Source: Lachnospiraceae bacterium (GTDB taxonomy: Bacteria > Bacillota > Clostridia > Lachnospirales > Lachnospiraceae). From it: a stretch of 64,000 bases of DNA. The notes below the pieces were generated by a model. The model ran no database searches. It was not told where the DNA came from and saw nothing but the letters and a program-made list of their open reading frames with translations. The number at the start of each line of letters is the position of its first letter. Positions within the stretch are counted from its first letter, which is position 1. Below, in pieces: positions 27,028 to 36,343 of the stretch. Both the position numbers and the translations under genes were made by a program. The stretch lies in the NCBI GenBank assembly GCA_900769115.1, contig CAAGFJ010000044.1:7140-71139 (forward strand). The letters run 5' to 3'.

Positions 27028-27047
27028 ATATAAGGATATAAGATACT

Positions 27048-27767
27048 ATGGAAATGAAGAATTTAGAGAAAGCAACGGACATCTATGCGAAACTGATCAC
27101 GGGAGAAGAGATCAAGCGTGGCGGAGTAAATGGCAGTCTGTATGACGATTATTACGGCAATGCCGAGGTGTATGAGATTGTTGGTGTCTTGCTTAAGAAG
27201 TTGAATCTGAATATATATGAATACAAGGACAGTCTGTTCCTGTCAGCAGGAGAAGGGAACCGGATTTTCGGTTATACGAATGAAGAATTGAAGCGTGCGA
27301 TGAATCTGCGGTATAATAAGGAATTGTATCTGTGTTATTTCATTATGTATGAGATCCTGTTGTCGTTCTATTCTGATTCGGCATCGTATCAGTTCAAGGA
27401 ATATGTCCGGTTAGAGGATGTTTGTGAGGATGTGACGAAGGCACTGGCAGTTTACACGAAGGATATCGCCATATATGACACCGACAATGAGCAGGAAGAA
27501 AGCTTCCGCACAATCGCCCTGTTATGGGATGAGCTTCCGGCAAGCAGTAATGAGAACCAGGATGAGATTCGTGCATCAAGGGCATCGAAAGTAAGTTTCG
27601 TGAAGCTGACATTTAACTTTCTCGTTGGCGAGAAGTTGTTTGTAGAGGTCAATAAGCGTTATTATCCGACCGACCGATTCCAGGCAATCGTAGAACACTA
27701 TTTTGAAGACTATCGTGGACAGATCTATGATGCGTTATCGTCAGAACCGGATGCATCAGAGGAATAA
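27048..27767 (+). CDS. Hypothetical 239-aa protein; putative KITE-like (MukE/JetB-position) subunit
   Basis: Size and position between the 508-aa gene and the SMC-like ATPase mirror mukE/jetB. Acidic C-terminus. No motif-level support. Confidence 0.3.
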   Translation: MEMKNLEKATDIYAKLITGEEIKRGGVNGSLYDDYYGNAEVYEIVGVLLKKLNLNIYEYKDSLFLSAGEGNRIFGYTNEELKRAMNLRYNKELYLCYFIMYEILLSFYSDSASYQFKEYVRLEDVCEDVTKALAVYTKDIAIYDTDNEQEESFRTIALLWDELPASSNENQDEIRASRASKVSFVKLTFNFLVGEKLFVEVNKRYYPTDRFQAIVEHYFEDYRGQIYDALSSEPDASEE

Positions 27768-27844
27768 CAGATTGCAAGATTTCGTCCTGGCATATGCACA
27801 TCATTGTGCAGGGAACGGACACTATATACAAGGAAAGGAAAACC

Positions 27845-30800
27845 ATGCCGAATATTAATCGAATTCGAGTCAACAATGTAAAATATAACTTTGGAACGCA
27901 AGGGTATGATGATTTTTCCATGCGTATGTATGGAAAGAATACACTGTACGATCTTGCCAACGGTGGAGGTAAGAGTGTGCTCATGCTCTTATTGTTACAG
28001 AACCTGATCCCGAATTGTACCTTAGATGAGAAGCAGCCGATCGAGAAGCTGTTCCGTAACGGTGGAGGGAATACGACGATTCATTCTTTAGTAGAGTGGA
28101 AGTTGGATGATAAGGATATCAAAGAGGGATTTCGTTATATGACAACGGGTTTCTGTGCCAGAAAGGCGAAGGACAGCGATGCAGACCAGTTAGCAATACC
28201 CGGAGCAGAGCAGAGTACGTCGGAGCATACCGGGGCGAAGGACAGTGCATCGATTGAATACTTCAATTACTGTATTTTCTACCGGGATTATAATGATAAC
28301 GATATCGTGAATCTCCCGTTGCAAAACAGCAAGGAACGGATCACCTATAGTGGACTTAAGAATTATCTGAAGGATCTGGCAAGACGGAACCTGAATCTTA
28401 AGGTGCATATTTTTGAACGCAAAGGGGAGTACCAGCGTTTTATCAGCCAGTATGGATTGTTTGAAAGCCAGTGGGAGATTATCCGGGGTATTAACAAGAC
28501 AGAGGGACATGTGCGTACTTATTTTGAGACGCATTATAAGACGACCCGTAAAGTAGTGGAAGATCTGCTGATCGAGGAGATCATTGAGAAGGCTTTTTTG
28601 GTTAAGACTGAACAAAATGATGTCAATGAGGATATGGCAAAGACACTGCTTGACATTAAGGACAAGTTAGTAGAACTTTCCCGTAAGAAGAGTGAGATCG
28701 CCAATTATGACAAAGAGACAGAGTTGATGCATCTGTTAGAAGGCCGTGTATCATCTTTTCTTTCTTTATATGAAGCGAAAGATAAAGTGGCAGGAACGCT
28801 TGCGGATATCTATGTGACAGGGGAACATTTATTAGAGCAGGGCGAGTCGGAGATTGCTGCAAGAGAAGAAAAGAAAGCGGCATATGATAAGCGGCAGCTA
28901 TTTGAGAGAAAACGGATTGAAGGATTGAAGATCATCCGGGATCAGTATGACCTGATGAAGGTGCAGGAGAATGGAGAGACTCTTTTGCGTTATGTGGAGC
29001 AGGCAGAGCAGGAGTTGTCGGCAGCCAAGCAGGAGTTAGATCTCAAAGAAAGTATGAATGACTATCTGCGGTATCTGCAGGATAAGGCACAGATGGATGA
29101 AAACCAGGCGATGATTGATGCCTCGATGGATTCGAATACGGATCAGCTTGCCCGGCTTCATCAGTATGCTTATACAAAGAAGCAGTTAGATGACCGGAAA
29201 CTTGCCGATATCCGGAAACAGTTAGAACAGCGTAAGAAGGAGTTTGTAGCATTGCAGGAGGAGGTAACCCGCCTTACGCATGTAGCAGAGGAAGGAAATG
29301 TTGCCTTGGCGGTTGCAAGAAGTCACAAGGAGCATTTTGAACAGGAATATCACAAGTATATGGAAGAGATTGCAGTGGTGCGAAAAGATATCTCAATCTT
29401 AGTGTTGAGCGATCTCGCAGATCTGGAACGTACCCTGCAGGAAGAGGAGCAGGAGCTTGTTGAGAAGAAGGCGGCATTGGATGCCGGTTATATGGAAGAT
29501 CTTGCAGAAGTCAGTGCGTTAGAAAAGCAACAATATATGGAACAGGAAACGCTAGAGCATGCGCGGGTACAGTTGACGACAGCAGAAGAGAACCACAAAG
29601 AATATGTAGAGAATCAGGAACGCCTTAAGAAGATGACGCAGATATATGGGGTCAGAGACATGGGTGATCTGTATGAGACGATCAAGGAACGCGCATTTCA
29701 GCAGAAGGTGGCGGTGGCCGAGCTTGGAAAGAAGATTGCAGCCGGTAACCGGCATTTAGAGCAGGTGCAGGAAGGACGTATTCTGGAAGAGTCAGAGGCA
29801 GTTACCAGGGTAAAGGATTATCTTGAAAGCCGTCATGGGGACTTTGCACTTTCTGGTGTGGACTATCTGTCTGCATTGCCGAAGGCGAACCGGGAGGAAT
29901 TATTACAATGCTTCCCGATGCTTCCGTATGGCGTTGTGACTAATCGGTTCAAAGAAGTGGAAGAGGATGAACGGATTGATACGTTAGAGCTTGGCAATCA
30001 GGCAGTTATGATCTACGACCAGAAAGTATTAGAGACACCGCATCTGCCGGAAAAGATGGATGGCGTGAAATTACTTGCCAAGAATCCGCAGACCTTTGTG
30101 GAAGAAGATGCACTCGCAATGGAAGCAAACCGACTTCAGAAGCAGCTGGCGGAGCTTAAAGAAGAGATGGAACGTGCCAGAGAATTAGATGCGACTTATG
30201 AGGAAGATCTGGATTACACGGCAAAGCTTACCGATGCCGTATTCTTAAATGCTGAGCGGGATGTACAGGAACTCCGGGAACAGATATTAGAGCATGAGCG
30301 CACTTTAGAGACACTTAAAAAGAATAAAGAACAGGTTCAGACGCATTGTGAACAGCAAAAAGCAGAGGTTGCAGCATGTGAGGAGACGCTTCATTCCAAT
30401 CAGAAAGAACAACTGAAGCTCGCAGGAATCCGCGCGAAGAGTGATCTGGCGGAAGAGACGAAGACGCAGTTGGACTTCTATGAGGCGGAGGTGAAGCGTT
30501 TATCGAATGACACTACGAATGCAGACAGCAGGCTGGAGAATGCCAAACTCAAAGTATCAGAGTTAGAGGGACAGATCCATCACATGGAGTCGCAGATTGC
30601 AGAGGTGACAAGTGATTGGGAGACGCTCTATAAGGATTATTATGTAGAAGACAATTTAACTGTGGTTAATATTCCGGAGGAACAGTTAAAGGCAGAGTTT
30701 CTGGCTGCAAAGGCGGTAGTAGAACAGGCAACGATCGTATTAGAGGATAAGAAGAAGCTGATTGCAGCACTTCGCGAGAGCATGGAACGGGGACTGAAGC

Positions 30801-32320
30801 TGATACGTCGGCGTGGTATATCGGTGGAACAGATTGCAGCACTACAGCAGACGGAAGGCTTACATCCGGTGGAGGAAGAACTGCTTAACCGGATGAGTGC
30901 ACAGTTATCACAGATCTCGGTGCGTTGTGATCAGCTGCGTGCAGATTATAAGAAGAAAGAACAGGAAAGCTCCCGTTTGGAAGGACGAATCGAGCAGGCG
31001 ACACAGGCATTGAAGGATCGTTTTGGACAGGATGCCTTTGCAGAACTGAATCTGATGTCTGCCGAAGGAGTGCCTTCTGTTACAAGAGAGGATGCCGTGC
31101 AGGCAATTGCCGAAGGAGACCGGCTGCTTGCCTCATTACAGGAAGAGATCCGTGCATTTGATAAGGAATATAAGCAGTACGTGAAGAATCACAGTGTGAT
31201 TATTGACCTTTACAAAGATGTGAAGCGTATTGTGGAAAGCGAAGAGTTAGAAGTGACAGGAGCGAGCCTTTTGTCAGAGAATCAGAACCGGATCCGTGAG
31301 ATCTTTGAGGAGAGTCTGCTTTCCTACGATAAGAGTAACAAAGCGCTTGCCCGTGCCAGACAGGAATTGCTTAACTATAAGACACAGACAGCGAATACGT
31401 TCTACACAATGGGCGCTTATGAGCTGTCGGATTCCGTGAAGGAAGATATTGCGATACCGGAGACTTATGAGGATGCAAAGACACTGCTTGCCAATATCCG
31501 GGAGATGATCTCGTATATTGCCTTAGAGAAAGAACGGGTTGAGCAGGGAATCGAGGACATGGAGGCGATCAAGAATAACTTTGAGAATCAGTGTATTGAA
31601 CGCTGTAAGGATGTCCGGACAGAGCTTGACAAGCTGCCAAAGCTGTCCCGTATCCAGTTGGATGGGGAGATGATCCAGATGGTGAACCTGACTATTCCGT
31701 ACGTGAAGGATGAATTTATCAAACAGCGTATGTCTGATTACATTGATGAGGTAGTAAATGGTGCCGATCAGTTCCAGGATAACAATGACCGGATCAAATA
31801 TATGAAGAACCGGCTATTGTTAAAGAAGCTGTTTAGTGTTATGGTAACAGATATGAATGCAATCCGGCTGAAGCTTTATAAGAGGGAGCGTATGAAAGAA
31901 CAGAGCCGTTATCTGCGGTATGAGGAAGCGGTTGGAAGTACCGGGCAATCACAGGGTATCTATATTCAGTTCCTGGTATCGATCATCAATTATATCTCGG
32001 GCATGTATGCACCGGAAGTGGAAGCGAATGAACTGAAGAAGGTCATCTTTATTGATAATCCGTTTGGTGCGGCGAAGGATATCTATATCTGGGAGCCGAT
32101 CTTTGCCCTGCTTAAGACCAATAATGTACAGCTGATCGTTCCGGCACGTGGAGCGACACCAGCGATCACGAACCGGTTTGATGTCAATTACATCTTAGGG
32201 CAGCAGCTTGTGAATGGCAGACAGCAGACGGTTGTGGTAGATTACCGCAGTCAGGTAGCGCAGGATGAGGTAGAGTACCAGAACTTAGAGTATAGTCAGG
32301 GAACATTTGACTTCATATAA
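27845..32320 (+). CDS. SMC/MukB/JetC-like ABC ATPase with long antiparallel coiled coil, 1491 aa
   Basis: Walker A LANGGGKSV (27956-27979). Two coiled-coil-type E/K/Q/L-rich stretches of ~440 and ~550 aa flank a central non-coiled segment (LPKANREELLQCFPMLPYGVVTNRF...). Signature-like GSTGQSQG (31934-31957). Walker B VIFIDN (32042-32059). Start at ATG 27845. Confidence 0.7.
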   Translation: MPNINRIRVNNVKYNFGTQGYDDFSMRMYGKNTLYDLANGGGKSVLMLLLLQNLIPNCTLDEKQPIEKLFRNGGGNTTIHSLVEWKLDDKDIKEGFRYMTTGFCARKAKDSDADQLAIPGAEQSTSEHTGAKDSASIEYFNYCIFYRDYNDNDIVNLPLQNSKERITYSGLKNYLKDLARRNLNLKVHIFERKGEYQRFISQYGLFESQWEIIRGINKTEGHVRTYFETHYKTTRKVVEDLLIEEIIEKAFLVKTEQNDVNEDMAKTLLDIKDKLVELSRKKSEIANYDKETELMHLLEGRVSSFLSLYEAKDKVAGTLADIYVTGEHLLEQGESEIAAREEKKAAYDKRQLFERKRIEGLKIIRDQYDLMKVQENGETLLRYVEQAEQELSAAKQELDLKESMNDYLRYLQDKAQMDENQAMIDASMDSNTDQLARLHQYAYTKKQLDDRKLADIRKQLEQRKKEFVALQEEVTRLTHVAEEGNVALAVARSHKEHFEQEYHKYMEEIAVVRKDISILVLSDLADLERTLQEEEQELVEKKAALDAGYMEDLAEVSALEKQQYMEQETLEHARVQLTTAEENHKEYVENQERLKKMTQIYGVRDMGDLYETIKERAFQQKVAVAELGKKIAAGNRHLEQVQEGRILEESEAVTRVKDYLESRHGDFALSGVDYLSALPKANREELLQCFPMLPYGVVTNRFKEVEEDERIDTLELGNQAVMIYDQKVLETPHLPEKMDGVKLLAKNPQTFVEEDALAMEANRLQKQLAELKEEMERARELDATYEEDLDYTAKLTDAVFLNAERDVQELREQILEHERTLETLKKNKEQVQTHCEQQKAEVAACEETLHSNQKEQLKLAGIRAKSDLAEETKTQLDFYEAEVKRLSNDTTNADSRLENAKLKVSELEGQIHHMESQIAEVTSDWETLYKDYYVEDNLTVVNIPEEQLKAEFLAAKAVVEQATIVLEDKKKLIAALRESMERGLKLIRRRGISVEQIAALQQTEGLHPVEEELLNRMSAQLSQISVRCDQLRADYKKKEQESSRLEGRIEQATQALKDRFGQDAFAELNLMSAEGVPSVTREDAVQAIAEGDRLLASLQEEIRAFDKEYKQYVKNHSVIIDLYKDVKRIVESEELEVTGASLLSENQNRIREIFEESLLSYDKSNKALARARQELLNYKTQTANTFYTMGAYELSDSVKEDIAIPETYEDAKTLLANIREMISYIALEKERVEQGIEDMEAIKNNFENQCIERCKDVRTELDKLPKLSRIQLDGEMIQMVNLTIPYVKDEFIKQRMSDYIDEVVNGADQFQDNNDRIKYMKNRLLLKKLFSVMVTDMNAIRLKLYKRERMKEQSRYLRYEEAVGSTGQSQGIYIQFLVSIINYISGMYAPEVEANELKKVIFIDNPFGAAKDIYIWEPIFALLKTNNVQLIVPARGATPAITNRFDVNYILGQQLVNGRQQTVVVDYRSQVAQDEVEYQNLEYSQGTFDFI

Positions 32321-32442
32321 GCGGATGGGCTATCGGATCTTGTGTGTAATGCGTTATTAAAAATAGTGAGCAAGATGTGAAGCGTTTTGCGAGCTTTAAC
32401 AGGATGAGTTTCATCCATATACAAGGTAGGAGGAATGTGTGT

Positions 32443-33318
32443 ATGCAGGTAGTATTGGAAAATGATCAATTGAGGGTAGCAATCAACTATTTTGGCGCAG
32501 AGCTTGCCAGTATGGTGAAGAAGGAAACGGGGGAAGAATATATCTGGAATGCGGATGAGAAGTTCTGGAAACGCAGTGCTCCGGTATTGTTTCCTTTTGT
32601 CGGAAGCCTGAAGAATAAGGAATATAAGTACGATGGAAAGGTATATCCGATGGGGCAACACGGATTTGCCAGAGATATGGAATTTGCGCTTGTGTTCCAG
32701 ACAGAGGATGAGGTATGGTTTTCGCTGACAGCAGATGAACAGACCTATGAGAAGTATCCGTTTACCTTTACCTTAGAGATCGGTTACAAGTTAGTAGGCA
32801 ATGAGCTGCAGGTTATCTGGAATGTGAGCAATGAAGACGATAAGAAGATGTATTTTTCAATCGGCGGGCATCCGGCATTTATGTGTCCACTCGGTGGCAG
32901 GGGCAAACAGACCGATTACTATATTGCTTTTGACAGTGACAAAGATCTGACATATTCGAAAATAAACGGGAATGGACTTGTCTATAAGAAGGATAATGTG
33001 CTGGCAACCAATGGTGGTATGATGAAGATCGATGCACATTTATTTGATGAGGATGCATTAGTGATCGAGGGAGATCAGGTGCATGAAATCAGTCTGTGTG
33101 ATCCGGAACAGAAACCGTATGTGACCGTGATATGTGATCAGCCATTATTCGGATTATGGTCCCCGGCAAAGAAGAATGCACCATTTGTGTGTATTGAGCC
33201 ATGGTCCGGAAGATGTGATGCAGAGGAATTCGAGGGTACGCTTGAAGAAAGAGAATACGGACATGAATTGGATGTAAATGAGAGCTTTGTGATGGCGTAT
33301 ACGATTGTTGTGGCATAA
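32443..33318 (+). CDS. Aldose 1-epimerase-family protein (LacX/galactose mutarotase-like)
   Basis: APVLFPFVGSLKN..YKYDGKVYPMGQHGFAR and GGHPAF motifs. Start moved to ATG 32443 after AGGAGG. Confidence 0.8.
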   Translation: MQVVLENDQLRVAINYFGAELASMVKKETGEEYIWNADEKFWKRSAPVLFPFVGSLKNKEYKYDGKVYPMGQHGFARDMEFALVFQTEDEVWFSLTADEQTYEKYPFTFTLEIGYKLVGNELQVIWNVSNEDDKKMYFSIGGHPAFMCPLGGRGKQTDYYIAFDSDKDLTYSKINGNGLVYKKDNVLATNGGMMKIDAHLFDEDALVIEGDQVHEISLCDPEQKPYVTVICDQPLFGLWSPAKKNAPFVCIEPWSGRCDAEEFEGTLEEREYGHELDVNESFVMAYTIVVA

Positions 33319-33422
33319 TATACAGAAGATGGCGGGTGGTAATATACTGCGTGCCATTTTTGCTTTATAGGAAAGTTCTTTGATTCATATTGAAAGAAAA
33401 AGCAGAGTATGATATACTTGAT

Positions 33423-33441
33423 GCAACTAGAAAACAGTTGC
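33423..33441. promoter_or_regulatory. Palindrome GCAACT-N7-AGTTGC upstream of hicA; possible operator
   Basis: GCAACT 33423-33428 and AGTTGC 33436-33441, 26 nt upstream of ATG 33467. Confidence 0.35.
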
Positions 33442-33466
33442 AATATGGAAGAGGTGATGTATATAG

Positions 33467-33727
33467 ATGCCAAAGAAAAAGGAACTGCTTGAGAAACTAT
33501 GCAGGAAACCAAGTCCTAAGAATTTTACAGTGCGGGATTTGGATTTACTGATGAGTAAATGTGGTTGTGAGAAGTTTTCAGGAGGAAGGGGATCTGGTAT
33601 TGGTTACGTTCATGAGGAATCAAAGAGGATCTTGCAATTTGATCAACCTCATCCAGGAAAAGAATTATATAGATATCAGATCAGTAAGACAATAGATTAT
33701 TTAAAGGATATAGGCGAATTGGATTGA
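33467..33727 (+). CDS. hicA: HicA-family mRNA interferase toxin
   Basis: 86 aa. GGRGSGIGYVHEES...FDQPHPGKELYRYQI resembles the HicA (YcfA-like) fold signature. Followed by hicB after 16 nt. Confidence 0.75.
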   Translation: MPKKKELLEKLCRKPSPKNFTVRDLDLLMSKCGCEKFSGGRGSGIGYVHEESKRILQFDQPHPGKELYRYQISKTIDYLKDIGELD

Positions 33728-33743
33728 AAAGGAGGGATGATGT

Positions 33744-34085
33744 ATGACTTCAATGATGGAATATAAGGGTTATCACGCATTTATTGAATATGATGCGGAG
33801 GATAATATTTTTGTTGGAGAGGTGTTTGGAGTTGCAGATTCATTGAATTTTCATGGAACAAATGTTGAAGAATTAAGACAAATGTTTGAACAGAGTATTG
33901 ATAATTATCTTGATTTATGTGCAAAGATTGGTAAGAATCCGGAAAAGGAATTTAAGGGGACATTTAATGTTCGGATACCACCGGAAATGCACAAGAAAGT
34001 ATCATTAGAGGCAGCAAAACAGAACATAACACTGAATCAATATATTGTAAGGGCGATTGATCAATCTATTAAAATGACCGGCTGA
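33744..34085 (+). CDS. hicB: HicB-family antitoxin with C-terminal ribbon-helix-helix
   Basis: YKGYHAFIEYDAEDNIFVGEVFGVADSLNFHGTNVEEL (HicB N-domain) and FNVRIPPEMHKKVSLEAAKQNITLNQYIVRAI (RHH). Confidence 0.8.
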   Translation: MTSMMEYKGYHAFIEYDAEDNIFVGEVFGVADSLNFHGTNVEELRQMFEQSIDNYLDLCAKIGKNPEKEFKGTFNVRIPPEMHKKVSLEAAKQNITLNQYIVRAIDQSIKMTG

Positions 34086-34143
34086 TGATCGGACATCATT
34101 TATACAATTATAATAATATCAGGAACAAACAAGGAGAACAAGA

Positions 34144-35523
34144 ATGAGCGCAAGAGCAACGATTGCTGTATGGGCGGGTAAATTTACAACAAAATTATTG
34201 CGGTTGGCAGGCAGCGGAGGAACCTCCCTTCCGGGTAAGGTGGTATTGAAGATCTGTCCGGATATCCTGGGACATCTGGCAAAAGATGTGAAGATCATCT
34301 GTGTAACGGGTACGAACGGTAAGACGACAACCTGTCATATTATAAGAGATATGATCGAGGCAGAGGGTAAGACAGTATTTTGTAATGATGCCGGAGCGAA
34401 CCTGCTTGGCGGTGTTGTCTCAGCCTTTGTTGGCGCGGCAACACCGGGCGGTAAGATCAACACGGACTATGCATTGTTGGAATGTGACGAGGCCGCATTG
34501 AAAAGTATTGTGGAACATTTTGGCAATCTGGATGTGACCGCAGTTGTGACGAATGTATTCCGGGATCAGTTAGACCGGTATGGTGAAGTATTAACGACAG
34601 TGAATAAGATCCGGGCGGGGCTTTCCCAATTGCCGAATGTGAAGCTGGTGCTGAATGCGGATTGTTCGCTGACAAGTTCGTTGAGTGATCTGCCACACAG
34701 CGAGATTCATTACTTTGGAGTGAATGGTCCTCTCTATGAAGGAACTTCATCCGATATTTCGGATGCCGTATATTGTATTCATTGTAAGACGAAGTACCAA
34801 TATCATTATCATACATTTGGGCATCTCGGAGGTTTCTATTGTGAGAAGTGCGGCTATCACAGACAGGAGCCGGAGGTGGCATTAACGAAGGTAATCGAAT
34901 GGAAAGATGCATCTTCTGTGATCGCAATGGATGTATTTGGCGAGAAGGTGGAAGCGGAGGTTATGCTTCCGGGTGGTTACAATCTGTATAACGCATTGGC
35001 GGCAACGGAAGTAGCGCATCTGCTCGGATTACCGAATGAACAGATTGTTAAGGTGTTGGGAGGACTTACCACACACTTTGGACGAATGGAGCAGGTGACA
35101 CTTGGCAATGCACCGCTTCATCTGGTACTGGTGAAGAATCCGGCGGGGTTCAATGAAGTATTGCAATTTCTGATCCAACAGCGTCCAACCGGTAATATTG
35201 TTTTCGGATTGAATGACAACTATGCCGATGGAAAGGATATCTCCTGGATCTATGATGTAGAATTTGAACGGCTGACCGAAGCGGCTTCCGGTGCAAAGCA
35301 TTTCTATTTTACCGGAAAGCGTGCTTATGATATGCAGTTAAGATTAAAATACGCAGACTTTGATACGACGAAGTTCAGCGTAGAGAAGGATTATAAGACA
35401 CTGATCACGCAGTTACAGCAGAGTGGACAGGAGACATTTCTGGTGCTGTCCTATACCTGTATGCTGGAGTTCCGTGACAAACTGGCGGAATTTGTACCGC
35501 TTAAGAAGTATGATGCATCCTAA
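34144..35523 (+). CDS. murT: Lipid II isoglutaminyl synthase, Mur-ligase-like subunit
   Basis: VTGTNGKTTT P-loop, Cys4 ribbon CIHCKTKY...CEKCGY and a DUF1727-like C-terminus. Followed by gatD. Confidence 0.88.
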   Translation: MSARATIAVWAGKFTTKLLRLAGSGGTSLPGKVVLKICPDILGHLAKDVKIICVTGTNGKTTTCHIIRDMIEAEGKTVFCNDAGANLLGGVVSAFVGAATPGGKINTDYALLECDEAALKSIVEHFGNLDVTAVVTNVFRDQLDRYGEVLTTVNKIRAGLSQLPNVKLVLNADCSLTSSLSDLPHSEIHYFGVNGPLYEGTSSDISDAVYCIHCKTKYQYHYHTFGHLGGFYCEKCGYHRQEPEVALTKVIEWKDASSVIAMDVFGEKVEAEVMLPGGYNLYNALAATEVAHLLGLPNEQIVKVLGGLTTHFGRMEQVTLGNAPLHLVLVKNPAGFNEVLQFLIQQRPTGNIVFGLNDNYADGKDISWIYDVEFERLTEAASGAKHFYFTGKRAYDMQLRLKYADFDTTKFSVEKDYKTLITQLQQSGQETFLVLSYTCMLEFRDKLAEFVPLKKYDAS

Positions 35524-35593
35524 AAGGTGAAAAGAAATAGTGAAGCAGGGTGTATGACCTTTAAGTCTGACATCCGATCAGAAAGGAAAAAGC

Positions 35594-36331
35594 ATGGATC
35601 GAGAATTACACATATGTCATCTGTATTATGATATATTGAATCTGTATGGTGATAATGGGAATATCCGTACATTAGAGAAGAGGCTTGCATGGCGGGGCAT
35701 TGGTTCCAAGGTGACACAGCTTTCGTTTGGAGAAGTGAACCGTGAAGACGATTACGATATCATTTTCATTGGGGGAGGACAGGACTTTGAGCAGGAGATA
35801 CTGGTGAAGGATCTGTTTGATCATAAGGAGCAGTGGCTCAAGGAAGAGATCGAGAAGGGAACAGTCATTCTTGGAATCTGCGGCGGATACCAGATGCTTG
35901 GTAAGTATTACGAGGCGGCAGACGGCACCAGAGTGGATTTCTTAGGTGGAATTGATGTCTATACAACGGCGTCTGATAAGCGGATGATTGGTAACTTTGT
36001 GTATGAATATACGAAGGAGAATGGGGAGACATTTCCGATTGTTGGATTTGAGAATCACAATGGTCAGACGTGGCTTGGCGACGGCGTGAAGCCGATGGGT
36101 AAGATCATTAAGGGATACGGCAACAATGGAGAGGACGGAACCGAAGGTGCCCGCTACAAGAATGTATTTGCAACTTACTCACACGGACCGCTGCTGCCGA
36201 AGAATGCACGGATTGCGGATGAATTGCTGGCGATCGCTTATGAGCGCAAGTATGGAGAGCAGCTCCCTCCATTAGAGCATGAGATGGAAGATGCAGCATT
36301 GGATGATATCAGACAGCAGCTGGGGTGCTGA
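35594..36331 (+). CDS. gatD: Lipid II isoglutaminyl synthase, glutaminase subunit (CobQ-type GATase)
   Basis: IFIGGGQDFEQ and the catalytic-Cys context GICGGYQMLG. 245 aa. Confidence 0.88.
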   Translation: MDRELHICHLYYDILNLYGDNGNIRTLEKRLAWRGIGSKVTQLSFGEVNREDDYDIIFIGGGQDFEQEILVKDLFDHKEQWLKEEIEKGTVILGICGGYQMLGKYYEAADGTRVDFLGGIDVYTTASDKRMIGNFVYEYTKENGETFPIVGFENHNGQTWLGDGVKPMGKIIKGYGNNGEDGTEGARYKNVFATYSHGPLLPKNARIADELLAIAYERKYGEQLPPLEHEMEDAALDDIRQQLGC

Positions 36332-36343
36332 CGGATTGAAAGA

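Noticed and set aside
32321-32442. Looked for a remnant of a jetD/mksG-type (Toprim) gene after the SMC-like ATPase.
   Set aside because: Only 122 nt separate it from the aldose-epimerase gene, which has an AGGAGG RBS. There is no ORF fragment or frameshifted coding signal.
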